Origin: Octopus vulgaris
Lineage: Eukaryota
Length of the DNA stretch: 64,000 nt
Reading direction: 5' to 3'
NCBI GenBank assembly: GCA_951406725.2
Contig: OX597819.1
Span: forward strand, 98,022,001 to 98,086,000
Of the stretch, positions 1 through 13,662 are shown piece by piece. Under the pieces are notes generated by a model, which was not told the origin of the DNA, ran no database searches, and saw only the letters and a program-made list of their open reading frames with translations. The translations under genes were made by a program, and so were the position numbers. Position 1 is the first letter of the stretch; each line of letters begins with the position of its first letter.

Positions 1-1785
1 AAATCACTATTCAACTCTTTCTGCAATGATTTTTATTGAAAATCTGTGTAGAACATAAAACAAAATATTGTACAGAGAAAGAAATACCATCATTACCAAT
101 AATTTGAGTAGCATCATCATCATCAACATCATCATCATCAATAACAACAACAACAACAATAATGCAGCCAAATCGGTCGATCATCACTCAGACTGCAGGT
201 CTCTAGAGAATTGTAACCGTGTCGACAATTTCCACTCTGCAGACGTCCTTGTCTCGTTAATACTTGTGCGTCGTCTGCCAGCTAATGGCGACTGAGAGGT
301 GAGGGAGACTAACTTATTATCGATTAAAAGATCATAGCTCAGCATGCTTCGCTGATTAAAATCTATCTTTTACGATATCACCAGGTACTATTAATTGGAC
401 AATTGTTTAGAGCTTCAAAATGGTAAACCATTTCTATTAATTCCCTTCCCATCAATACATAGGAAACCTTTTATCTTCTAAAGCTCCATTTGGAGAAAAA
501 AGAAGTCAGTATATCTGACACACGACCATAACTGAGAATAGATAAAAGTCTAGCCAAGTACAACTGACCTATTAATCTGCTTTTAAACTTGGAATGTTGA
601 AACGACTGACAAACTTCACTAATGAATTAGAACACTGGTAATAGGAAATATTTGGATATGGTTAGCATGGATCTACTATCGAAAGCCTCAAAACTGCAAT
701 ATTCATCTTGAGAAAGCAAGTCGTATTGGCGTATAAGGCTAAAAAGCACAAATGTGTACCAGTAGCAGGTGAAAAGCGTCCACAAACTGTGGTGGAATTG
801 CTAAATCATGATTTGCGTTTTAGCACTATCAACTACATTCTTAGGCAAATTTCACTTGCACTGATTTTGAAAAACAGTGATTAAGAAATCAGTGGTGTCG
901 CAAAAGCTGGTGGGCTGGGTATAATTCGGCAATAGCGACAGGAGCAGTATTGGTTCAGAATAGAATTTCGTATATCATATTTAATATGGATATACTATCG
1001 AAATTTGTAAAACTGCAGGTATTTCCAAAGGTCACCAGATAAGTCAAGCATTCAATCCTGCATCTGATGCAGCACTATGACATTCAAAATAGTAAGAATA
1101 GAACTGGTAGAGAAAGACAGTTCTATCGAAACGTATAGGAATTCGGAAATGAAGTTGTTATATTTTGATGCATTCACGAAATTCTCTGAAAACCTGCAGC
1201 CGTAGCGTTGCATGAGCAATAGAATCCTTAAATGATATCCAATTGGCTGCTGTTGATTGAATTAAGTTGTATACTTTGAATAAATTAATTTGTCCATGTT
1301 GTCATGAACTGCTAAGTAAATTCGAATGAGCATTGGAGCTGAGTCTTAGTTTCCATGTATCATAAGTCACTGTAAATTACTAATCACATTGTGGACAGGC
1401 AAAAAGAAAATAAGACAAGGAACTATTTAGATCTATTCCATTTTTTCTACAGGGGGCGAGAGAAAAAAATTGAGAAAAAAAATCACGTGTTTATTAAAAA
1501 GCGACATATTTACACTTCGTAAACGCATGTGTGTGTGTGTGTGTGTACAAACGAAAGAAAGTTTCACTCAATGCATTTCGTAGGAATTACATATATTATT
1601 AAATAAGAAGTTGACTCACCTCCCTACATATTAAAGTTGCATTTAGAGATACAACTTAGAGTACTTTATCTTTAGATGCCTGACAAGCTGGGTTCGTTGT
1701 TCGAGCCTACGAAAGCTTTAAGTTACATGGCGCCGAGTGAAACTGTTATTGAATAACATATGTGTGTAAGTTGTTCATATGCATA

Positions 1786-1830
<45 letters not shown>

Positions 1831-2249
1831 CAAATTAATAAATAAAACATATGCATATATACATTTTACCCCCTTAATCTTACTCCCTTCCCTCACTTAG
1901 CGGTCATTCAAATAGCTCTTTTGTCTTAATAACGGTCAATCACACAGTAATTTCATAGCATTTTTCCGATGGCCAGATAACTGAAGAGATGGTGGCATGG
2001 ATTTCCACCTCGGCATCCAAAACTCTGAGTTTTATCATGGCTACCGAATAATTGTCACATATTGCATTTACAGATATATAATCCAAAACGTGTATGTGCA
2101 TTATGTTAAAATTTTAATCGCATTTGCAGAGACTCTGTCACACATTCACCACTACCACTTTCTTGCAAAAGCTAATCCCATTATAAGTAATCACTGTGAA
2201 TGTATTAGACATTAAAGTTGATGTTTTGTTTCTTTATTTATGTTGGCAG

Positions 2250-2410
2250 AAATCAAAGTAGATGAATCTCAATCTCGACGTTATCGAACAGCTTTCACAA
2301 AAGAACAAATATCACGACTAGAAAAAGAATTTAGTCGCGAGAACTATTTATCAAGACCTAAACGTTGTGAATTAGCTGCTGACCTCCAGTTGCCGGAGAG
2401 CACTATCAAG
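2250..2410 (+). CDS. evx: Even-skipped/Evx homeobox gene, internal coding exon (homeodomain helices 1-2 and start of helix 3)
   Basis: Translates (E)[53 protein letters not shown], matching the Eve/Evx signature [27 protein letters not shown]. Pyrimidine-rich acceptor ...ttggcag| at 2249; donor AAG|gtagat at 2411. An in-frame ATG at 2240 is an alternative start. Confidence 0.95.
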
Positions 2411-3629
2411 GTAGATAACTCTATTTCTATGTATTTTCAGTTTTATTATTTATATTTTTTGTTAACCGATATATTCATTTTATGTCCGGCGACATTTGCT
2501 TGCGTACTGTCATACTTTGATTCCTCTGAACAACAATTTCTTCGACTCTACTTTTAAATCTCTCCCTTCATTCATTCATTCACTCATTTATTCATCCATC
2601 CATTCATTATTTCATTCATTCTCTATTTCTTTCTTTCTTTCTTTCTTTTTTCTTTTTTCTTGCTTTCATTTTCTATTTGTCTTTCTCTTTATTCATCCAA
2701 GACATCTATCTTCATATTCCCTCACAACTAGATCTATACACATAAATATAATTACAGTAATACACACACACGTACACACGCACACACACATGTACACACG
2801 TACACACGCACACACGTATTCCCTCACAAGCGCACATATCTACGTACAGTATGACACACATACGTATAGCAGGGTACCTGAACCATTAATAATGACAACA
2901 TCAATAATGATGGAGATATTGTAGAAAAATATACGCTATGAAAGTATGAGGATGTAAATAAGGATTCCAAAATAACAAGAAAATAAGAAAATTATATTTG
3001 CCACTCCCTAAATATTATGCAAGTTTGATTACATTTAACATGTACAATACGGTGTAGTCCGTGAGGCACTTGTTATTCTACATTGTTATTTTTCTACAAT
3101 AGATACTCTACCTAATTTTGTACATGTATATGCAAATTTATACATGGATTCATGTATAAATGAGCAAACAAGCTACATACATTTTCTAAAGGTTATCAAG
3201 AGACAACATGTTTAGTTTCTGCAAATGCTGCGTATTTACAACATATTTGACACATTCTGGGCAAGAGGTACAAACGTACAGAATAAGCACCATTATTCAC
3301 ATTCACCGCAAAAGTTGATCAACAATAGTTCTTGTATAGATGTACCACCTTGGCCTTCTGAATTTTCAATCTGTAATTTCAACTTATTTCTGTTTTTGTT
3401 CTGATTAAATGGGAAAATACAGAAATACATGCATGCAGTGTAGTTAGTAAATAGACTAAAGTTGAATACATCATACCTCTCTGTAAGTTAAAAATAAAAG
3501 CTAATAACTGAATAAGTATAAATAGAAATACATATAGCATATGAAATATATGTTTATGACAAATAGTGCATTAGATTTATCAATGAGAAAAAGGAGAAAA
3601 TTAATTTGATCATCAAAATTAATGAACAT

Positions 3630-3786
3630 AGGAGTGACTGTGTGGTAAGTAGCTTGCTTACCAACCACATGGTTCCGGGTTCAGTCCCACGGCGTGGCAC
3701 CTTGGACAATTGTCTTCTACTTTAGCCTCGGGCCGACCAAAGTCTTGTGAGTTGATTTGGTAGATGGAAACTGAAAGATGCCCGTC

Positions 3787-3851
<65 letters not shown>

Positions 3852-4062
3852 CATGTTTGTGTGTCTGTACCCCCAACATCGATTGACAACCGATGCTGGT
3901 GTGTTTACGTCCCCGTCAACTCGCGGTTCGGCAAGAGAGACCGATAGAATAAGTACTAGGCTTACAAAGAATAAATCCTAGGGTCGATTTGCTCGACTAA
4001 AAGGTGCTGCTCCAGCATAGCCGCAGTCAAATGACTGAAACAAATTAAAGAATAAAAGAATA
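3630..4062 (+). mobile_element. tRNA-derived SINE family A, in the evx intron
   Basis: A-box-like GTGACTGTGTGG and B-box GGGTTCAGTCCC, internal (TG)n, (TAAAAGA)-type tail; near-identical to six other copies in the window. Confidence 0.9.
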
Positions 4063-4410
4063 CAAACATTAGTTAAGCATTATGAAACAAAGAAGACAGT
4101 AAAATCAAATTTAGAATACAAAAAAAAGTAATGGTACGATTGCAACTCGTGTCGAATAATTTAGAGCTCGCGTTGAATGATTTAAAAAGTAAGTCGTGTA
4201 AAGTGGAACAAGTTCCACAGTTTCAAGAAAGTATGTCTACAAATACACGCAGTATATTATATATATTGATGATTTCGCCCTTATATATAAAATTTTGAGT
4301 GTATAACACATCTTTTAATATCCTTTATTCAATTATATAAGAAATATATCAAAGTTTTGAGATACCTGATGTGTGTGTAGTTTGTAAATGACCACTTTTC
4401 TGTCTTTCAG

Positions 4411-4995
4411 GTTTGGTTCCAGAATCGTCGAATGAAGGACAAACGTCAACGAATGGCCGTAGCATGGCCATTCGGTGTTCCAGACCCAAACATGTTTGCC
4501 CTATTCGCGGCAACAATGTCGTCTTATTCTTATGGTTTACCCGCTGCGCATGCACAGCTGGCTTACCCAACTTTGGGCTTACCTCGTGTTCCAGCAACTC
4601 AAATGACCCCCGTCAGTCCACTGCAACATCGCCGTCCCGAACTGCTGCATTCCCTCACAACACCCTTATCACGTTCATTGGCTTCACTGGAGGCAGCCAC
4701 AACCCAAGCTGCTGCCATCACCTCCCACCCGCAACCTCACCATCCCACTGCAACCTTTCATCCGGGACTTACATGCGGTTTAAGCTTACAATCCCACGCA
4801 TATGCGTCTCACTTGCTCAACGCTCAAAATTTAGGTCTTTGTCCCGGTTCGACCCCAGGTAAACCGTGTACATGTCCACACCCTTACTCGGACAGAATTC
4901 ATCAAGGTATGTTGCAACATCCGAACCTTGGTCTTCCAAGTGTCCTCAACACAGGGGGTTCGCACACAGTCGCATCTATCCAGAATCAGAGTTGA
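4411..4995 (+). CDS. evx: Even-skipped/Evx homeobox gene, last coding exon (helix 3 plus Pro/Ala/His-rich C-terminus)
   Basis: Acceptor ttttctgtctttcag| then VWFQNRRMKDKRQRMAVAWP in phase 0 with the previous exon. KDKRQR is characteristic of Evx. C-terminal CPGSTPGKPCTCPH resembles the Cys motif of Evx proteins. Stop TGA at 4993-4995. Confidence 0.95.
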   Translation, partial: VWFQNRRMKDKRQRMAVAWPFGVPDPNMFALFAATMSSYSYGLPAAHAQLAYPTLGLPRVPATQMTPVSPLQHRRPELLHSLTTPLSRSLASLEAATTQAAAITSHPQPHHPTATFHPGLTCGLSLQSHAYASHLLNAQNLGLCPGSTPGKPCTCPHPYSDRIHQGMLQHPNLGLPSVLNTGGSHTVASIQNQS

Positions 4996-5340
4996 TGAGA
5001 AAAAAATCCTAACAAAGTAGTTTCTTTGAAATATAAGAAGAAAAAATGTTAAAAAAGATTTTAAAACAAAACCACGAAACATAACGGGTATTAAAGATTA
5101 ATTTCGAAGATGGAAACTATAAACTATGCTGTGTTTGAGCAACTTATTCAGTTTTTGTCTTCATAACTCTTGAACGGAACGCTTCTTTTCCCATCTTCCT
5201 CTTTTAATCTTTTTTATTTATATATTTTGGTCTCTGTAAAAAAATGTTATCAACTAATGAAGTCGTTGCTTTTATTCACTGCTGTTCTGCAGCTTTCTTT
5301 ACGTCAGTCTATGCAATGACTGTCGAACATTCCAGACGTC

Positions 5341-5389
5341 AATAAATTTATTGAAGAAAAACTTTTGAAGTATTTTAAGAATGAATAAA
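5341..5389 (+). promoter_or_regulatory. Candidate polyadenylation signals of evx
   Basis: AATAAA at 5341-5346 and 5384-5389, ~350-390 nt after the stop, followed by a T-rich tract. The hexamer is common in AT-rich DNA. Confidence 0.45.
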
Positions 5390-6796
5390 TTCATTCTTTA
5401 CAACACTGATTCGAATTATTTCAAAATATTCTACACTTCCCTTCTCTCTTGCTTCAATTCATTGTCTTCTTTTCTATTGTTTCCATTTCTTTTAATGGCT
5501 TTGTATTACACCTGAAGTGTGAATGTTATGGGTTCGCGCCAGCTATTGTATCTCATTAAACGTTTAAGGTCAAAGGCGTCGTTTGAGTGAACCACAGTCA
5601 GAGAGCGAGAGAGAGAGATACAAAAGAGGTGTTTGCATTTCGCGTTGTGAACGGTGTGATATCTTCAACATATCGATTATTGGCTGTTATATAACAGCAT
5701 TAAACTACATTGAAGTATAATACATACATATATCTGACAGCCAAGAGTGCTACCTTCTACATGTACAACAGTTAAACTCATGATATTGTTACATAAGACA
5801 AAGATAGAGTAAATATATATATAGGGCAATTTAATGTACTGAATCCAGATAATTATGGCCACGATTTATGGACAACAGTTAAGTATTGTACTCTACTATA
5901 TACACCAGTGAATCGTGGTATATAACTTTATACAGTCAGTTAATTCTACTATCTTTACTTCCCATAGTATTCACCTTTCACATTCCATGACTTCACCAGA
6001 AAGAACACAGAAGAATAAAGATGTTTTTACTCGATCTAATTACAACTTAACTCAAATACAATCTGAGAAACACAAAGATCTAGTTAGCTTATATAATTGT
6101 TATTGTTTAAACCCAGGTCAGTCCTAACCCTGATAAAAATTTCCTGCCATGACAATACCATGGATTTTTTTTTTTCATATTTTGTTTTTTTTTAAATACT
6201 TTTTAAAGTTTCATTTGTAAAATTTGGTAGGGATTTGATAGTACACTGTGTTAATAGTACATGTATTGAATATAATAGTTGATTCGCACCAAACTGAATT
6301 CTGCTCGTAGTCCTGTAGTTGGAGATAGCTTGATTTATGGATTTATTCGTGTAATTGAACCACTTTTAAGCTCTTCTATCTATAAATTCTATCTAGCATT
6401 TAAAACAAACCACATTCAGACGACGTAATAGATGCTCACTTATACAAACTCATCTCCAAGAACATCTTTTGGATTCCTCCTCCTCTTCATCATCGTCATC
6501 ATCATCATCATGAAAGCATAATGGGCAGCCGTAAAATGGTCTCACTTCTATTCCTGCAAACATAGTTCCCTTTCCCTTCACTTTCGGCATATTTTTTCGA
6601 GATAGCGTCGTTGTATCATATTTACAGTACTTCGTCTTCCACAACTTTTACTCGACATCATGTGATGGGAAGGTAAGTAAGTTCTAAAAAAAGTGGTTCG
6701 ATCCCCATCCTAGACTGCAGAAAAGGTTCCCCCATGGGCCTAATTTTATATCTTGATTTAATACATATGTTTATAACTCTCAATATTAACAAACTA

Positions 6797-7010
6797 AAGC
6801 GGCAAGCTGGCAGAATCGTTAGCAAGCAGGACAAAATGCTTACCGGCATTTCGTCCGTCTTTACTTTCTGAGTTCAAATTCCTCCGAGGTCGACTTTGCC
6901 CTTCATCTTTCCGAGTTCGATAAAACAAGTACCAGTTGTACACTGGGATCGTTGTAATAAACTTAGCCCTCCTACGAAGATTACTAGCCTTGTGTCAAAA
7001 TTTGAAACCA
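6797..7010 (+). mobile_element. tRNA-derived SINE family B
   Basis: gagctggcagaatcgttag-type A-box region, GAGTTCAAATTCC B box, central gtcgactttgcc-ttcatc...gataaaa-aagtaccag domain. Partial copy at ~8480-8610. Confidence 0.85.
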
Positions 7011-7221
7011 ATATTTAGTAATTGATAACCCATGTTGTAACTATTTTCTTATAATTACCAAACAAAAAATGTATTTTTCTTCATAGATCGGTGGGGGAGA
7101 GAGGATCCCTAGAATGTCTGTTTATGCAACAGCTGTTCTGTTCCACATATGTGGATGTAGTGTAATGTGCATTAGTATTAGTTATATATGTGTGGCCACG
7201 ATCTCTCATCTTTAAATGGAT

Positions 7222-7566
7222 GCAGGAGTGGCTGTGTGATAAGTAGCTTACTTACCAACCACATGGTCCCGAGTTCAGTCCCACTACGTGGCACCTTGAA
7301 CAAGTGCCTTCTACTATAACCTCGGGCCGACCAAAGCCTTGTGAGTGGATTTGGCAGACGGAAAATGGAAGAAGCCCCACGTATATGTATTTATATATAT
7401 ATATGTATATGTATATGTGTGTATGTATATGTTTGTGTGTCTCTTTGTCCACCCCAGCATCGCTTGACAACCGCTTACAAAGAATAAGCTCTGGGGTCGA
7501 TTTGCTCGACTATAAAGGCGGTGCTCCAGCATGGCCGCAGTCAAATGACTGAAACAAGTAAAAGAG
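7222..7566 (+). mobile_element. SINE family A, internally deleted
   Basis: Same head, body and tail; lacks the segment between ...gacaaccg and cttacaaagaataag. Confidence 0.88.
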
Positions 7567-7849
7567 GATTAATAAAACTGAAGTACTAAAAAAAGAGAGA
7601 TTAGCCCAAATGACTCCAGATGGATTACAAGGACACAAAATAGATTTGATCTGGAGAATACGGTTGGTACGAACCCATAGCCAATATAACGGATTGATCT
7701 GAAGAATCTTAAGATTTACAGATCACTGGTCACCACCGCTACCACTACCACACTGTCATAGTCATATCACCACACTACTACTGTCATATACTCACACAGC
7801 TACCAATAATTGAACCAACACGAGACGTCTCTGTTATGTTCCTCTATAT

Positions 7850-8199
7850 CAGTGGTTCACAAACGGGGTCCGTATGGCCCCTGAGGGTCTATATAAGATG
7901 TTTTGGGGTCATCGCAACAAAATAGTAAATTGGGGATCCACAATTGTATTTTAAGGGCCATTGAAAAAATTTTGCCTTAGGTGTATGTATTGGTATGTGT
8001 TGCAAGAAACAGTCAGGTTTCTTTCTCTAACGTTTTACAGAGTTCAACAAACACACAAGTTAATGTGAGAAAAACAAAATAGGAGTTTTGATAGAAGCTT
8101 CTCTAAAACCAGTTTTTAATCATCGAATGATTATGGGTGTCCACCAGAATAAAATAATAACCAAATGGGGCCATAGGGAAAAAAGGTTGTAAACCCCTG
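7850..8199 (+). mobile_element. Non-autonomous hAT (Charlie-like) MITE
   Basis: TIRs cagtggttcacaaac / ggttgtaaacccctg; 8-bp TSD ctctatat / ctctacat; two related copies in the window. Confidence 0.85.
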
Positions 8200-9997
8200 C
8201 TCTACATGCTAGAAATAACAACCAAGTATCCTTTAAATTACACCCTGCAGTGTTAAAAAGGGTAGAATATATGGGAAAATATAGTCCAAGAACGGAATGA
8301 TGACAACTGAAGCAAATTTGAACAAGTATATTTGACTAGGGTTAAGCAACAACAATAATTCCACCAACCATCGCTCGTCATCACATCATAAGACACTAAG
8401 CTATCATTACACTATTATATCTGCTTCCACTATCCATTTCTCACTCACACACGATTGACTATAAATATCATAGCTAGTCCCTTCGACTTTGCCTTTCATC
8501 TTTCCGGGGTTAAGAAATTAAGTATCAGTGAAACACTGTGATCGATGTAATCGAATATCCCACTCCACCAAAATTTCAGGCCTTGTGTCTATAGCAGAAA
8601 GGATTATTTATCGCTGTAATACTAGAGTTTACACAGAGCTACTGTGATGTCGGGTGAAGTGGACAGGGTACATGGTCGGTAGCTTGAGAATGGCATACGA
8701 ATAGTGATACTCTTTCTACTAAGGGCCAGCAATATAATCGTATTAATTCGGTAGCAATATGACCTGTCAGATTCATGTAGAAGGACCTCTTTCAAGAATA
8801 GAATCGTTCTCCTTTACTTATTTCAGTGTTTAGACTGCGGTCATGCTGGAGCATCGCCTTGACGGGTGTCTGTAAAGAAACATGTAAAGAAACATGAGAA
8901 ATAACTCGAAGTAGCTAGTGGCGTGTATTTGAACAACAAGGAAAAACACTGCTACGTTAAACACCTTACAGCAAAATGTTCTGATTTATTAAACTTATCT
9001 CCGACTCTAGAAGATATAATATTATAATTTCCAAATAGTAATTATGTCCAGCTCCACTTGAAAAGGGGGAGATACTGGCACTTATTATATCGGAATCTCT
9101 TTGCCGACCCGCTAATTATTAAAAAAACTCTAATGGTACGATCAGTGATACTACCTCACATATTACACACGCAAACGTACACAGATAGATACACACATAC
9201 ACAGATAGTTAATATGTATCAATAAATACCATAGTAGCATAACATTTCTGGAATTTTCTTAAGGAAAGCATGACAAAAGGCAATCACTAAACACCAGTAA
9301 TTAACAATAGTAACTCAGTTTTCTAGTAGAATCCATTGTAATTCACATGGCGTCGTAAGCAACGGAAGAGAGAATAAACAGTTTGTGCCAGCTCGCCCCT
9401 GCTGGTCTTATTGCCCCTGCTGCCGCCCTGTGTGTGAATATCTTTATGGAATCATTGACTCCACAACATGACCGTTCAACAAATATATACAATAACTTGA
9501 ACAAACAAACAAACAAAAGTACTTAAAAACGTTCTTTGAGCCAGTTCAATGTAGGCTGAAAATATTAAACCGATTACTTCCGGTTGGTCGAACGTCAGTG
9601 GCGTCAGAAGGGTGAATGTATGTGCATACGTTGTTTGTATGATTGTGTATGTGTGCGTTACTCAGTGTATTTTGCGACTGCGTGCGTATCTGTGTGTGCT
9701 TGTATGTACATATTTGCGTGAGCTTGTGTGTTTTTATGTGCGTGTTTGTGGGTACGTGAGTGTTCGTGCTTGTGTGTGTGACGAAGTGAGAAGGAAGGAG
9801 AGCGAGAGAGAGAGAGAGGGGGGGCGGGTTATAAAATGTTTTATCAGTACAAAACTATTTAACGAGCTCAATACACGTTTTCACAAATCAGTGTTCTATT
9901 TAACGTGTTATATATTTATTAAACATCCCCCCACACACACATACAAACACATACCCATATCGACGCACCTACACCTACAAACACACACCCACGCACA

Positions 9998-11085
<1,088 letters not shown>

Positions 11086-11536
11086 TGCATGCCGGCGTGA
11101 ATGTGTGTATGAATGTACATTATAAATTATAAATAATAATTGCTTATTCACACTTGTGTGCGCCTGTGTTTGTGTGTGTGTCTGTGTTTGTTTATGTGTA
11201 CAATTTCCTGAAGGTCATTATCAAAAACTGATGTATGTGTCCGTGTATCACGCAGTCCACATGGTGTCCCACTTCCCAATATGCAACCAGTCCCTTCGGA
11301 CCGTTTGAAAGACAATCTTTACTAATTTAGCTGAATTCTTCATTTTATTCTTGGTAACTTGGTAGGCTGTACTTTCGGTAATCTCCAAGAATGTATATAC
11401 GCTCAGAGCGAAACTACATGCCATTACTTCAATCCAAAGGGATCAATTTCTGTGAAAATATTCTTTCCATAACCTTAAGCAATGCCAACTCCGCTATTAG
11501 CTTTTGTCTTTCCAAACACTTCGATTCATTTCTCTC

Positions 11537-11618
<82 letters not shown>

Positions 11619-11720
11619 CTCTTTCTCCCAATGATATATTCTGATCTTTGGAGACGTGTTCCAATATGTTCCACTCCAAGAGAGGAGTACATATATATGT
11701 GTGAATGTGTGCGTATAAAT

Positions 11721-11799
<79 letters not shown>

Positions 11800-12008
11800 T
11801 ATATATACAAACACACATGTATATATATACATGCTTTATATATATATATATATGAATATGTATACAAACACATATATATATACATACATTATATATATAT
11901 ATATGTATATACACAAACACATATATATATACATACATTATATTTATATATACGTACATATATATATATATATATATATACATACATACATACATACATA
12001 CACACACA

Positions 12009-12783
12009 CAGCGTGCGATGGGTAAATTGTCCCAATTTGATGTTTTTAATTTTGTGCATGCACATTGTTTATTTTTGATTTTGCCGTCTACACAGTATAG
12101 TAGGGTCATTTGGGCTCCGTCTGTGAGAAAAACAGCACCATGACGCAATTCACTCTGCCAAAAATTTCGAAACGAGAAGCTGTACTGCTTGGCATTCGCG
12201 ATGGAAGCTCCAATACGAACATTTCGGAGTGTTTGGCTGTAGCCTGAGGACAGTTCAGTCTGAGAGCATGTGCCTAGAATGATAAAAATTAAATATCCTG
12301 TCAACATCATGATGTTTCGCGCCGTTGGCTGCTGGAAGACCCTAATACCTGGTAACAGGACTCTGCACCATATCGCCCAAGCAGGAGAACCCAGTCATGG
12401 CTGTCAGACAATTTCTGCAACCACATCATCCCTAACATCTGGCCACCTAACTCTCCAGACTGCAACCCCCTTGATTATTATGTGTGGGGCGTAGTTGAGC
12501 GAGAAACCAACAAAACTCCTTGCAAGACCAAAGATGAACTGAAAGCAAGGATAATGACAGTATTCACCAACTTAAACAAGGAGACCGCCCAGAAGAGTTG
12601 CAGGAGCTTCTGAAGTCGTCTGGAGACCCTGGTTGAAACCAATGGCGACTTTATTGAATAAATTTACTGTTTAGTATTTCAAGTATTTTTATGTAATTTT
12701 GGTAAATATATCTGTTAAAATGAGATGTCAGAAATATTTTCATTTTTGCGTAATTTAGACGCCAGTATACTCACCGCACCCTG
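12009..12783 (+). mobile_element. Internally deleted Tc1/mariner-superfamily transposon (maT-like)
   Basis: TIRs cagcgtgcgatgggta / tactcaccgcaccctg+TA; residual transposase motif WPPNSPDCNPLDYYVWG at ~12439-12490. Confidence 0.82.
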
Positions 12784-13007
12784 TATGTATGTATATATAT
12801 ACACTTAAATTCGTTTCCTAACCGCGTGCTCTCGGGTTCAGTTGCACAGCGCGGCATCTTTGATATGTGTTTTCTACTATAGCCGACCTGTTCCTGGGCA
12901 GAGTGAAGTTGTTTGTTTGTGTGTGTGTGTGTGTGCATGATAGAGTGATAGAGAAAGAGAGAGAGGGGGGAAAGAGAGAGAGAGAGCTAGACAGTTAGAG
13001 ATGTGGG

Positions 13008-13064
<57 letters not shown>

Positions 13065-13329
13065 TGATTGAGTGATTGATACAGGGAGAGGAAAAAGGAG
13101 AGAGAGAGAGGGGGGAAAAGAGAGAAGGGAGACTTATCAGTTTGGCAAAAAGAAATCGATGTATTAAGTACCAGGTTTGAAATAATTATTGGGGTTGATT
13201 TGATAGATTAACTCCTTCATGGTGATGCCCCAGTATGGCCGTAGTCCAATATACGATATATATATATAAACATGATGGCCATCCACTCGTGACCGAGGAA
13301 GACCATTGCTGACGCTGCTCCGTTGTATA

Positions 13330-13481
13330 TGAGCGGGTGTTGAAAAGTTCCTGGATTTGGGTAAAAGAAAATACAAGAGGATCAGATTATTATGATTTTA
13401 TTCAACATATTTCCCTCTCAGATTCACTCACTTATTGCAGCGGTCATTCAGTTTTTCTCAGCCCTTTTCAGTACCCACTCA
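13330..13481. mobile_element. Mariner-type MITE
   Basis: Imperfect TIRs tgagcgggtgttgaaaag / cttttcagtacccactca, preceded by TA. Confidence 0.65.
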
Positions 13482-13483
13482 TT

Positions 13484-13531
<48 letters not shown>

Positions 13532-13584
13532 ATATGTATGTATATTATATGTATACATATGTTTATATATGTATGTGTGTATAT

Positions 13585-13662
<78 letters not shown>

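Noticed and set aside
68-300. ORF 68-295 and ATGGCGACTGAGAG|gtgagg as evx exon 1
   Set aside because: The ORF stops before the donor-like site, and the short ATG frame ends in phase 2 whereas the 2250 exon needs phase 1. It could still be a 5' UTR exon.
1680-1722. Hammerhead-like CTGACAA...hairpin...GAAAGCTT
   Set aside because: G8 is mutated and no stem I can form; at most a decayed relic.
4349-5082. Alternative-frame and antisense ORFs over the last evx exon
   Set aside because: Shadows of the GC-richer real coding exon.
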